From positions 1,054,001-1,118,000 of the forward strand of contig OY986947.1 of the NCBI GenBank assembly GCA_963920595.1: a DNA stretch of 64,000 nucleotides. The letters run 5' to 3'. The stretch is from Eimeria praecox (lineage: Eukaryota). The notes beneath the pieces are model-generated. The model was given only the letters and a program-made list of their open reading frames with translations. It ran no database searches and was not told the origin of the DNA. Positions 21,498 to 35,314 of this stretch are shown piece by piece. The position numbers and the translations under genes were made by a program. Within the stretch, counting starts at the first letter, position 1; each line of letters starts with the position of its first letter.

Positions 21498-22430
21498 GAG
21501 GAACCCTCTACCACGCCCTAGGGTTTAGGGTTTAGGGTTTAGGGTTTAGGGTTTAGGGTTTGTGAGTGATAAGATGTCTTATCAATGTAAATAAGAATTT
21601 GAATCTAAATATAAAAATAACTAAAAAAGAATAACATAAAAACATAAATATACAAACAGAGATTTGGGGTGTATGTACACCTCAACACTTCATCTTCCTT
21701 ACATCTTAAATTTTAAATATTTATTTTCTTCTTTTTTATCTATCATTACAAACAGATTAGATAAAAACAGTCAACAGACAGACAGGGGCCCCCCACGGGA
21801 TCGGGGGGCCCCCCCTGGGGGGCCCCCCTAGGGGGGCCCCCGTGGGGGGCCCCCTGGGGGGCCCCTCTGAGCAGCGCGAGCTGCAACAACTAATAGATAG
21901 GAATCCGCAGTATAGGGTCTTAGGCTTCTGCTTCTGTTTTAATAATAGTATAAATAGGGTTTAGGGTTTAGGGTTTAGGGTTTAGAGGGGGCCCTGCAAC
22001 GGGGGCCCCTTCAAGAGTCCCCTATGCATCGATTAGGGTTTAGGGTTTAGGGTTTAGGGTTTAGGTTTAGGTTACCTTTGGAGTCGTCCTAGGTAATTAG
22101 GGTTTAGGGTTTGCATATGAGAGCTTGGGGTTGGTGTTGAGGGCCTAGGGTTTAGGGTTTAGGGCTTAGGGTTTAGGGTTTAGGGTTTGAAGACGATCTC
22201 CTGCAGGCTCTAAACCCTCGCTGGCTCAAGCGGGATGTGCTTACGATGACGGACTTGTGTGTTCGGATTTAGGGTTTAGGGTTTGCGTCTAGGGTTTAGG
22301 GTTTGCCTTAGGGTTTGAGGCTTACTGTTAGGGTTTAGGGTTTAGGGTTTAGGGTTTAGGGTTTGAGATGTGAGGGGCCTTCTGCCTCCCATCTTCATCA
22401 CCCTGTCCGGCAATAGCGAATACTACTTAG

Positions 22431-23020
22431 CCCTACCTACCTAGCTAGCTAGCCAGCTAGCTAGCTAGCTAGCTAGCTAGTTGCTGTATAGCAGCATCGG
22501 AATATGCTCTAGAGGGCCCTTCATTCTTCTTCAGCTGTAAGAGCTGAAGCCTGAGCAGCTACCTACCTAGCTACCTACCTATCTACCTAGCTAGCTACCT
22601 ACCTAGCTAGCTAGCTAGCTAGCTAGCTAGCTAGTCGGTTAGCTAGCTACCTAGCTAGGTGAGTAGGTAGGTAGGTAGCTAGCTAGATAGATAGGCAGAT
22701 ACTAGCTTGCTAGCTACCTCGCCAGCTAGCTGGCTAGCTTCCTACTGATAGGAGAGAGCTCGCTAGCAGGGCCCGCGGGTAGCTAGCCAACTAGCTAGCC
22801 AGCCAGCTAGCTAGCTAGCTAGCTAGCTAGCTAGCCATCGTTCTAACTGCTGGTGTCTCGCAGTGGCTGGCTAGCTGGCTAGCAAGCCAACCAGCCAGCT
22901 AGCTAGCTAGGTAGCTAGGTAGCTAGGTAGCTAGGTATGTAGATGGTTAGGTAGCTAGCTAGCTAGCTAGATCGCTAGCAATTTCATCCCAACGCAATCC
23001 TTAGCTAGCTAGCTAGCTAG
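22431..23020. repeat. Degenerate (AGCT/AGGT)n array in a divergent intergenic region
   Basis: Visible tandem AGCT, ACCT and AGGT units. Confidence 0.9.
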
Positions 23021-23912
23021 ACAATAGAGTAAGAGGGGTTTAACGAGAAGTGCTGGGGTGTATGTGATGTAGCGTACAGCACACAGGGGCCCCTCAGTGG
23101 GGCCCCCTATGGTATATTGTTTTATTTGCTGCTTCTTTTGTTGCTGTTGGTGCTGCTGTTTGTGTGGCTGGTGCTGCTGCTGTTGCTGCTGCTGTCAGCT
23201 TGCTTTTCTTGCTGTTCTATGCTTGATTTTGTAGTGTACGTACACCCCGGAGTTGTATAGTTATAGATCGCATGCTCATGAGGAGGGAAGGAGGGAATAT
23301 AAGGCTTTAATTTGTTCTTCTTTATCTTTATTTACGTTTTAAAAAACAATAAACCCATAATTTTAAACCCTAAACCCTAAACCCTAAACCCTAAACCCTA
23401 AACCTTTATGATGCTGCGTATGCAACAACGGCAGCGGCTGAAGCCACCCGTAGGGCCCCAGACCCGAGGGGGTTTTGTGTTTACAATGTCAGGACTATAG
23501 AAGTATTTGAAATAAAATAAAAATAAAATAATTATAATTATGATAGAAATACAGTTGCTATAGTGGCGTATAGCACGCAGCGTAGGCGAGGTGTACGTAC
23601 ACCTCAAATATATATGCGCCGCTCGTTGGAGTATTTCTTCATTGTTTTGTTTATTAATTTGACTTCTTTTGTATATTTCTTCATATAAATCATTTCAAAT
23701 AAAGAAAGACCTCTTTCCTCTTTGGAAGACGGCTTAGGGTTTAGGGAAACTAGGGTTTAGGGTTTAGGGTTTAGGGTTTAGGGTTTAGGGTTTAGGGTTT
23801 AGGGTTTAGGGTTTAAGCGGGGTATACCCGTGTGAAATGGGTTTCTTCAAGGCACCTAGAGCCATTCATCTGTCCTCCTATCCTGCAGCAGCCGACATTG
23901 AAGCAGCACAAT

Positions 23913-23945
<33 letters not shown>

Positions 23946-24082
23946 CAACAACAGCAACAGCAACAACAACGAGAGGTTGGGGTGTACATCGAGGTTTATA
24001 TTTACCTTTTTTAAAATTTCGAGGTATATCTTTTTGTTTATTTTCTTTTAAAAAAAATTATTTAAATATAATTGAAGAGAAG

Positions 24083-24925
24083 ATGGAGAGAGAGAACATT
24101 CATGATGATGATGAGATTGAAGCAATTGCTGCTGTTGTATATTATGTCGGACAAACTGTTGAATCTACTAAACTACGATATCTTTGGGTACGTAAACCCT
24201 AAACCCTAGTAAACCCTAGTAAACCCTAGTAAACCCTAGTAAACAATAGTAAACCCTAGTAAGCCGTAGTAAACCCTAAACCCCCCGAAATCATAATTTA
24301 AAACCTGTCAGCTGTCAGCTGTACGTACACCGCAAATTATACTTGCTCTTGTATTGATGAAGCTTTGGTAGCTTTCAAATACCAAATCTAATAAGATTAA
24401 AACAAGGGTTTAGGGTTTAGGGTTTAGGGTTTAGGGTTTAGGGTTTAGGGTTTAGGGTTTGGGGTGTATCTACAGCAATTTCGTATTTCTGGGGTTTTTC
24501 ATCAAGTTGATTTCTATCATTCGAAGTTAACAGGAAGAAAAAAAATTCTAATGGACGGAAATCTCATATACGCTCAACAGCAGTAAACCCTAAACCCTAA
24601 ACCCTAAACCCTAGACCCTAAACCCTAGACCCTAAACCCTAGTAAACCCTAGTGATGGTTTTAAGAAAACAGTTCTTCTCTTAGAGTGAGTCGAGAAGTA
24701 AAAGCAACTGTGACAGCAGCAGCAGCAACAACGACAACAGCAGCAGCAGCAATAGCAGAAGCAGCAGCAATAGCAGCAGCAGCAGCAGCAGCAATAGCAG
24801 CAGCAGCAGCAATAGCAACAGCAGCAGGATCTGTTGTTTGGAGTGTATGTGTAGCTGCTACGTGCATGCATTCTTGTTTTATTTATTTATTTTCCTATTT
24901 CGTTTATTTATTTACTTATTTAGTT

Positions 24926-24985
<60 letters not shown>

Positions 24986-25402
24986 TTGCTATTCTATATT
25001 TTTTGTATTTGTTTGGTGTATATACGATTCGTATTTATTTAATATATTTTAATTTAATATATTTTTATTTATTTATTTTTATGTTGAATGTTTATATTTA
25101 ATATTTGTTTATATTTAATATATTTTATTATCTTTGTTAATATATTTGTTATCTAATTTTCTGTATTTGTTTACATCTGAGGTATAAATATATATAATAT
25201 TAATTATAAATATAAATAATATATATAAATTATATATATATATATATGAATGTATTGCTATTTATACTTATATATTATTAATATATTTATATATATAATT
25301 AAATATATATTTCTACTTTTTCTGTATTTGTTTGTTAGACTAAGGAGCAGTAAATTTGAATACTCTTGGCCTTGTCTAATATATTATTATTATTATTACT
25401 AT

Positions 25403-25433
<31 letters not shown>

Positions 25434-25519
25434 AGATATTTCTACTTTTTCTGTATTTGTTTGTTAGATTACGAAGCAGTAAATTTGAATATTCTTGGCC
25501 CTGCCTAATGCATATATTA

Positions 25520-25577
<58 letters not shown>

Positions 25578-26924
25578 TTTTTCTGTATTTGTTTGTTAGA
25601 TTACGCAGCAGTAAATTTGAATACTCTTGGCCTTGTCTAGGCCATTTGTTTAGTTTAATATTCGATGTATCTCTTCGCTCCTTCGCTCTCCGTATCAACG
25701 GGCTACCCTTCCAGCTATTCTACAGACGTCAGACCCCTAGGGTTTAGGGTTTAGGGTTTAGGGTTTAGGGGTTAGGGTTTAGGGTTTAGGGTTTAGAGTT
25801 CAGGGTCGAGGGTTGAGAATTTGAGTCTGGCTAGGGTTTAGGGTTTAGGGTTTAGGATTGGGGGTTTAAGGTCTACGGTTGAGGATTTAGGGTTTAGGGT
25901 TTAGGGTTTAGGGTTTATAGAGGGTGGCTTCTCAGGGATGTAGATGACTGAAGAAGGCGTAGCGCTTAGGGTTTAGGGTTTAGGGTTTAGGGTTTAGGGT
26001 TTAGGGTTTAGGGTTTAGGGTTTGTTTGTTTTGCTGCAGCGGGAAATATTCTTGATGCTTCTCATCCTCTGCCTCCAAACCATCACCCCCTACCTGTAGC
26101 TGCTGCTGCTGACCCCGCTGCTGCTGCAGCAGCAGCAGCAGCTGCTGCTGCTCCTGCTGCTCCTGCTGCTGCTGCTGCTGCTCCTGCTGCTGCTGCTTCC
26201 GCTCCTGTTATGCCCTACCACCACCACCACCACCACCACCACCACCAGCAGCTTTACTCAAGCCCACAACTGCTGCAGCAGCAACGGCTACAGCAGCAAC
26301 AGCTGCAGCAGCAGCAGCTACAGCAGCAGCAGCTACAGCAGCAGCAGCTACAGCAGCAGCAGCTACAGCAGCAGCAGCCACAGCAACAACAGCTACAGCA
26401 ACAACAGCTACAGCAACAACAGCTACAGCAACAGCAGCTACAGCAGCAGCAGCTACAGCAGCAACAGCTACAGCAGCAGCAGCTACAGCAGCAGCAGCCA
26501 CAGCAACAACAGCTACAGCAACAACAGCCACAGCAGCCACAGCCACAGCAGCAACAGCTACAGCAGCAACAGCCACAGCAGCAACAGCAGCAGCAGCTAC
26601 AGCCGCAGCAGCAGCAAGCTGCTGCCCCGGGTGCCTTGTGTGCGAGTAGAGATGCGCCTCAAGAGTTTGATCTTCTTGGTATTTCTACTTTTCTAAATTC
26701 TGTCTCCTGCAGCTCTGTTGCTGCTGCTGCTGCTTCCACTGCTGCTGCTGCTGCTTCTACTGCTGCTGCTTCTACTGCTGCTGCTGCTGCTTCTACTGCT
26801 GCTGCTTCTACTGCTACTGCTGCTGCTTCCATTGCTGCTTCTGCTGCTGCTATTGGTTGTACTGTTTCTGCAGCAGTTGCTGCAGCTTCTCCCTCCGCTT
26901 CTCTTGTTGCATCTGCTGCTTCCA

Positions 26925-26963
<39 letters not shown>

Positions 26964-27586
26964 TTGTGATTGTTGCTGCTGCAGATCTCGCAGTATCGTC
27001 TCGCTGTCTCTCTCCTGCTGAGACCTCCGCATTAGGAACGGGGGGCCCCCCCTCAAACACTCCCTTCGCAGCCTCGGGGGCCCCCAGCTCAGCGGATGTA
27101 GAAATTGAACAACTCGATGTTAGCTTCTGGAAGGATCTTCCACCTACCCCAGACTTCCCACCCCATACAGGGGGGCCCCCCTCTGGGGGCCCCGGGGGGC
27201 CCCCCCCTGGGGGGTCAGGGGGGGGGGGGCCCCTAGGAACCCTCGAGGGCCCCCTGCAGCTACAGCTACCAAAACCCGCCATACAAGTACAGACACTTCC
27301 ATCCACCTGCAACGGACACGCAGCTGGAAACTCGGAAGCCCTGCAGCAGCAGCAGCAACAGCAACAGCAGCAGCAGCAGCAGCAGCAGCGAGGCAGCAGC
27401 AGCCGCAGCTCCAGCTTGCACCGGCCTGCGGGGGGGCCCCCACAGAGAGACAAGCATGGGGGCCCCCAAGAAGAAATAAGAACCCCTAGAAGTGAAGAGT
27501 TGTTTGCTGATCTGATGGAGTTAGCGTCTGACAAACTCAACATTTCTCTGTCACCCAGGCGACATATGGTGCAGCCTAAACCCTAA
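24083..27586 (+). CDS. Hypothetical protein with an N-terminal FAIM1-like beta domain and a long Q/A/P-rich tail
   Basis: Exons 24083-24187, 24476-24582, 25600-25727 and 26040-27586 are phase-consistent. The 3' end is uncertain: there may be a donor near 27569 splicing to a Q-rich exon near 28095. The domain W-QFRISGVFHQVDFYHSKLTGRKKILMDGNLI...FALRINGLPF resembles, from memory, the FAIM1 pattern W...GVHKIEFEHGTTSGKRVVYVDG...YTLEING. Confidence 0.75.
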
Positions 27587-29544
27587 ACCAACCCTAGGGT
27601 TTAGGGTTTAGGGTTTAGGGTTTAGGGTTTAGGGTTTAGGGTTTGGAGTTTGATCATCGACGGAGTTGTGTCGAGCTCAATGTGAAAAACAATAAATAGA
27701 TAGGCCTTCGGGTGTATGGCCAAATGCAGTTATTCTTAATTCCTCCTTTTTTTACGGTGTACATACACCGCAGGGAGGAGCCCTTTGTGCATGCACTCCA
27801 TGCAGTGCATGCATGCAATGTAGTTTCGAAACAAAGGGGGCCCCCAAAGGTTCTTTTGGGGCCTCCACATTGACGCTAATGTTGTGACGTTCTAATCCTT
27901 TGAAGTTGAAAATATGGAGGTAATTGTGCAACTAGACGCTGTAAGGTTTAGGGTTTAGGGTTTAGGGTTTAGGGTTTAGGGTTTACTTAGTGCATCAGTT
28001 GAAACACCTGAGGATACACCCCGCTAAAGAGTGTGCTAGGTTAGGTGGGCAGGATCGTACACTCTTGCTGTGTTGCTGCTGCTCTTGTCATTAGCAGCAG
28101 CAGCAGCAGCAACACGAGCAGCAGGAGCAGGAGCAGCAGCAGCAGCAGCAGGAGCACGAGCAGCAGCAGCAGGAGCAGCAGCAGCAGCAGCAGCAACACG
28201 AGCAGCAGCAGCAGGAGCAGCAGCAGCAGCAGAACGCCTGAAAGATGCTGCGTAACAGACACCTCATCCCTGCCTAAAATAAATTTAACCCATCTACTAA
28301 ATATTTATATTGACACTCCAAAGAGCTCTTAAACTCTGGAGGAACGTGTAGGGTGGGGAGCTTACGGCGTTGCACGTTAAGGAACAGCATGAGCGACGCA
28401 ACATCGCCGGTGTCAGTATTTGCACTATAGCAACGAATGTTGGGTAAATCTGTGATAATATCTTCAAAAATAATTTTTAAATTTGTAAATATTTGCTCGA
28501 AAGAACCGAAATGTGCGGACACCACTGCCGCCCGACGGAGCAACAACCCGATGCAAAGCCGCTGCATCTTCTCTCGATATTTGCAGTATTTATGAATCTT
28601 TCCGGCTGATCCTTTGTTGAAATGGAACAAAATTAAAAATGTATTTAAACTGTTCATAAATTCCAGCAAATTTCCAGCAAATCTGTCAGATTTCTCTCGC
28701 TTTCCGTCATTCTCGTTGGGGTGTACAGACACCGGACAGCAACGCTCGACACAGGACTCAGCGTTGCAGCTGAGGAGTAATACTAAGGGAAAGGCTGCTT
28801 CTTTTTGCTGTATTTTGTGTCTGAATAAGTTCACTATATTTTAAAACAAATACGTTTTGTACAAATAAGATAAATCCTGGAAAAACCTCCTCGTTTCCTG
28901 AGTTTTCTCTCCGCAGTGCACGTACGGTCCGTCGGCTATCGATATGAAGAGGCAGCGAGCGGCCTCGTTAAATTGAAGGGGAAACCCCAACAATTCCTGA
29001 ATATATTGCTTTAGATTTATTTTGAGTTTATTTTTATTCTATTCTGCTTGAAATTGAAGCTCCAGCATCCCCAAGAAGGCGATGCAGACAACAGATCGGA
29101 TCCCTTTCCGTTAGTCTCGGGTTTCGTTGAATGCAGACTCCTCCACCACTTTTCAACATCATTTATCTTTTTCTTCTCTTTTCTTCCCTCTTGTTGTTCG
29201 AATGCCCTTTCTCCTGCATGCCGGAGACCGCGGGCCAGGCGAAGAGGCCCTCTGAAGCGGCCTCCCCCTAGCAGCTGCTCTGCTGCAGCAGAGAAACAAC
29301 ACCCTCACCCCCCCCCCCCCCCTCCCTCCCCCCCTTAGGATCAGCCTCTTCTTTGTGTTCCCCTGCTGCTAGTGTGAGTCTTTTAAGAGATTTCTTTGTA
29401 CGTCTCCGCAGGCCACTGCAGCTAATCCATCCACTGGCTGTATGCTTGAACACCACGCGTCTAAAACTGGGCTCTAGGGTTTAGGGTTTAGGGTTTAGGG
29501 TTTAGGGTTTAGGGTTTTGTGGGTCCTGCAGAACCCTAGACAAG

Positions 29545-30955
29545 ATGGCCTTGACAGATCTAGGATGGATGGACTTCTATCTAGGAGGAGGGGGCCCTCC
29601 CAAGCAATTTAATGGCTGTTCTTCTCACCTTCAAGCTGTTGTTTCTGAATTAGATGTAGTAATAAGAGATATTGAAAGTGAGAGAGAGAGAGAGAGAGAA
29701 ACCCTAATATACAAACCCTAAACCCTAAACCCTAAACCCTAAAACTTGAACTGTCAAGTCCTCATGAGAAGAAACCAAGCAGCTGCCGCTGCGTCTATCG
29801 CTCTGCAGTTGTACGAAGCTCACAAGGATCTACAAGGATCTACTGTTTAGGGTTTAGGGTTTAGCGTTTTCTAGGGTTTAGGGTTTGGGGTTTAGGGTTT
29901 AGGGTTTAGGGTTTAGGGTTTGTGTGGGTGCGAAGGTTTGAAGGATCAGGTTAATGCCCTACAACATCCTGAGAACGAATCTTCTATACGAACTACGATT
30001 GAAAAAGAGTTAAATCGAAGTTTAATTAAATTTGACAAACTAAATAAACAATGGGAAGAACAAGTTTGTATTTTAGCAGAAGATATTAAAAAATTAAAGG
30101 CGGAGGGTATGTTTTGAGCTGTACATACACCCCAAATTAACAGCTGTGGATACACTGCAGATAAGCTGCATAGACACTAGAGAAAACAAATCTTCTATTT
30201 TCCCTTTGCAGCTCTTTCACTGTGATTAAGGGTTTAGGGTTTTCTAGGGTTTAGGGTTTTCTAGGGTTTAGGGTTTCTTAAGGTTTAGGGTTTTCTAGGG
30301 TTTAGGGTTTTCTAGGGTTTAGGGTTTTCTAGGGTTTAGGGTATTCTAGGGTTTAGCTTTTTCTCAAGATTATGATTTTTTAGGGTTTAGGGCATTCTAG
30401 GGTTTACGCTTTTGTTGGGTTAACGGCTTTCTAGGGTTTATGGTTTTCTAGGGTTTAGGGTTTTCTAGGGTTTAGGGTTTTCTAGGGTTTAGGGTTTTCT
30501 GGTTTTTGTTAGTATTGCTTGTGTTTGTATGTTTGTATGTTTGTATGTGTGTATGTAGATTTTAAAGAGCTTCGTGGTTTGGTGTTAGACCACGTCTCTC
30601 GCTTAACTTCAGTTGAAAGCGATATAAGTGTGCTGCGTCAATTAATTCCTACGCATGCAGCAGCATTGAAAGCTGCTGAGGTGTCTGTACAGCTCGTTAA
30701 ACAAGGAGCAGAGAGAAATATACAAAATTTAAGACAAAGTTTACAAATAGAATATAATAAAAGAATATTCATGCAACAAATGCAACAACAACAACACAAA
30801 GATATGCAGGTTAGATATTTACAATATAAATAAATTAAGATTTAGATACAGATACAGACAAAGAAAGAAAGAAACAGAAAAAAAACAGAGACAGAGACAG
30901 AAAGAAGGAGGCAGACATAGAAAAGGAGACAGAGACAAAGACAGAGACAATTCAA

Positions 30956-30990
<35 letters not shown>

Positions 30991-31186
30991 AATATAATAT
31001 ATATCTCAATGTATACATACATACATACTTATTTATTTATTTATATATATTTAATAAACATACGAACGCATGCATCTCTACGTGTGTTGTTTAGGATTCT
31101 ATGGAAAGCCTTCGAGTAGATTTAGAAGAGTTAAAGAAAAGCTGTCAGCACAGCCACTCTCTGCTGCTGCAGCTGCAGCAAACCCT

Positions 31187-31227
<41 letters not shown>

Positions 31228-31702
31228 CATGTGCTGCAGATGTCGACAAGCTCAAAGCCACATCGCATCAACATGCTGCAAAACTTGAAGCCCTAGGAAG
31301 GGCGGTGCGCTCTCCAAACCCTAAACCCTAAACCCTAAACCCTAAACCCTAAACCCTAAGCACTTGATTCAACTAAGGATTCTTCAGCAAACAAATAGCA
31401 ACACGCGTTGGGCGGTCTCCGACGGGTCGCCAAATGCATGAGAATTAGGGTTTAGGGTCTAGGGTTTAGGGTCTAGGGTTTAGGGTTTAGGGTTTAGGGT
31501 TTAGGGTTTAGGGTTTAGGGTTTAGGGTTTAGGGTTTAGGGTTTATGCTCAGCTGTCTGCTGTGGAGAGTCAAGAGGAGCGAAGATCTGGAGATGTTGAT
31601 AAACTCTTCTCTGAAGTAGAAGAAATTAAGAAAAGCATAAATCGTATTGTTGTATGTCTGTCTCTCTCTCTCTTTCTCTCTCTCTCTCTTTCTCTCTGTC
31701 TC

Positions 31703-31735
<33 letters not shown>

Positions 31736-31764
31736 CTCTGTCTCTCTGTCTCTCTGTCTCTCTG

Positions 31765-31833
<69 letters not shown>

Positions 31834-31963
31834 TCTCTTTTAGTTTGTTTGTTTGTATTTGTTTGTTAATTTATTTCTTTTTCTTTCTTTTTTATTTATT
31901 TAACGGACTCGTCTTTTATTGTATCTGTTTGTTTCCTGTATTCTCTGCTGCTTAGTTATTTGT

Positions 31964-31994
<31 letters not shown>

Positions 31995-32096
31995 TTATGT
32001 TTATTGATTCATCTGTTTATTTATTTATGTATCTCTTTATTTATTTATTTATTTCTCTGTTTATTTATTTATTTATTTATTTATTTATTTCTCTGT

Positions 32097-32127
<31 letters not shown>

Positions 32128-32132
32128 TCTGT

Positions 32133-32167
<35 letters not shown>

Positions 32168-32630
32168 TCTCTCTATATTCTATCATTTCTTCTTTTCTTG
32201 TTTATTAGGATAAAGAAACAAACTTTTGTTCTTCTTCTCAAGTAGAAAAATTAGCAAAAGATTTTCTATCTTTAAATCAACAAATACAAAACACTCAGGT
32301 GAGGTTGCATGCATCTCAGGTGTATAGGCACCTCCTTGCATGCATCTCAGGTGTATAGGCACCTCTTTGCATGCATCTCAGGTGTATAGGCACCTCCTTG
32401 CATGCATCTCAGGTGTATAGGCACCTCCTTGCATGCATCTCAGGAGTATAGGCACCTCCATGCATGCATGCGACAACACATCTTCAGGTGTATAGGCACC
32501 TTCACGCATGCATGCATGCATGCATGCATGCAGCCCCTCGTATTGTTTGTGTTTATTTGTTAATTTTTTATGTTTGTTTGTATCTAAAGTACTTGTGTTT
32601 CTTAACAAAGGTGTTCTTGTTAGTATCTAT

Positions 32631-32669
<39 letters not shown>

Positions 32670-32674
32670 TTCAT

Positions 32675-32709
<35 letters not shown>

Positions 32710-32803
32710 TATAGAAGCAAAATAAAGAGCAAATCCACAAAGATATTAAAATCATACAACTCGAGCTGCAAAGCCTCCGTACAGAGATTACGCATCTCAA
32801 GGT

Positions 32804-32885
<82 letters not shown>

Positions 32886-34069
32886 TGCTGCTGCAGTTGC
32901 AAATCTAAATGTGTTTAATATCGGGTGTATGCACAGCTATCTCTCTTTGTCTCTTCGTGTTTTTTTCTGTTTTTAAATTTGTATTTAATTTTATATTTTT
33001 ATTTTTTTGTGTTTTCTTGGTTGTGTCTTCTTTCTTACTGTCTATATATTTATATTTATATTTATATTTATATTTATATTTATATTTATATTTATATTTA
33101 TATTTATATTTATATTTATATTTATATTTATATTTATATTTATATTTATATTTATATTTATATTTATATTTATATTTATATTTATATTTATATTTATATT
33201 TATATTTATATTTATATTTATATTTATATTTATATTTATATTTATATTTATATTTATATTTATATTTATATTTATATTTATATTTATATTTATATTTATA
33301 TTTATATTTATATTTATATTTATATTTATATTTATATTTATATTTATATTTATATTTATATTTATATTTATATTTATATTTATATTTATATTTATATTTA
33401 TATTTATATTTATATTTATATTTATATTTATATTTATATTTATATTTATATTTATCTTTTCTTATATATTATAATTAGTATTAAACTATCATGTACATAG
33501 CATTTAATTAGTATTTATTGAATAATAAGTAATATAAATAAATATATATTATTTAATATATTTATTTAAATTATATTTTATTTTATTTGTTAGGAAGCAA
33601 GACGGAGAAGCCTTGAGTCTGCAGAGAAGGCTACACTCGATGTCAATCAAATTAAAAACTCCTTAGACACTCTACAGGTAACCCCACAAACCCTAAACCC
33701 TAAACCCTAAACCCTAAACCCTAAACCCTAGACCCTAAACCCTAATAAACCCTAATAAACCCTAGTAAGCCCTAATAAACCCTTATAAACCGTAAGCATT
33801 AGACGCCATAGACACTCTACAGGTAACCCCACAAACCCTAAACCCTAAACCCTAATAAACCCTAATAAACCCTAATAAACACTCCAAAACCCTCTTCAAG
33901 TCTGTCAGCTCAAACCCTAAACCCTAAAGCCTACTAAACCCTAAAACCTACTAAACCCTAAACCCTAGACTATGAGGGATGTGTCTGTACGCCGCAGAGT
34001 TTGTTGTGTTTGTGCCTGCAGCAACAAATGGAGATGCTAGCAGCAAAGCAGGTGAACATACTGCAGCAG

Positions 34070-34119
<50 letters not shown>

Positions 34120-34254
34120 GCAAATGCTGCATTGAGAGTGCTATGGGGTTTGCTGCTGCTATAATCAAATCCTCGACACAAATAAATAAATAAATAAATA
34201 AATAAAGAGTTTAGTAAATAAATAAATAGATAAATAAATAAAAAAATAAAAAAA

Positions 34255-34285
<31 letters not shown>

Positions 34286-34431
34286 ATAGAAAGGCTCTTA
34301 CCATATTTAAATATTAAATTTACTGTTTTTAATTTTTTCTTTTTTTGTTTCTTTTATTTCTTTTTCTTTTCTTTCTTCTTCATTTCTTAATATTATTAAA
34401 CTTATTATTATTATTATTATTATTATTAAAC

Positions 34432-34489
<58 letters not shown>

Positions 34490-34691
34490 GTGTTTGTGTA
34501 TTTGCGGTGTACGTTCACCTCAGCATCGCATGCGGATGGCGTTAGAGCAGCAGAAGACAGGCAGTCGCCTCTATCGATCTAACTTTGATTTTTCTACTAA
34601 TTCTACCATCAGACAACAAACACATATCACCACCAGCAAACTCATTACTCCGAGGTCCCCAAAGAAAGTGCTCCTGCAGCAGCTGCAACAG

Positions 34692-34723
<32 letters not shown>

Positions 34724-35036
34724 GCAGCAGCAGCAGCAACAGCAACAGACGCAACAGCAGCAGCAGCAGCAGCTGAAACAGCAGCAACAGATACTACAAC
34801 AACAGGGGATAGATACTTCCACGTCTTTTGCTGCTTCCGAGCAAGATAAAAATGCTGCAGCGACAGCAACAGCAGCAACAGCAACAACAACAACAACAAC
34901 AACAACAGCAGCAGCAGCTGCTGCTGCTGCTGCAGCAGCAGCAGCACTTAGTGCAGCCGGCAATTCTTCTGAAAACGGCGTTGCTGGAGATGCAAAGACA
35001 CCTCAGCAGCCCCTCAGCAGCAGGCCACCCCACCAC

Positions 35037-35108
<72 letters not shown>

Positions 35109-35250
35109 GTAGGTGCTACAGTTGTTTATCCTTCTGTACGGACCCCCAGCAGTCCTCCTACCTTCTCTCGACTAACACTTCAAAGCCCGCATCTCCCTCG
35201 GGCCCTCTCTGCAAGGAGACACAGCAGCGCAGGAGCTCCCTTAGAACACG

Positions 35251-35314
<64 letters not shown>

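Noticed and set aside
28274..28834. 186-aa minus-strand ORF with complex sequence
   Set aside because: It has a non-ATG start and no recognisable motif, and lies in the repeat-poor region upstream of the coiled-coil gene. It is likely a chance ORF, though not excluded.
32305..32459. CRISPR-like 31-bp direct repeats
   Set aside because: There are no spacers and no cas genes, and the repeats lie in a eukaryotic intron; this is a minisatellite.
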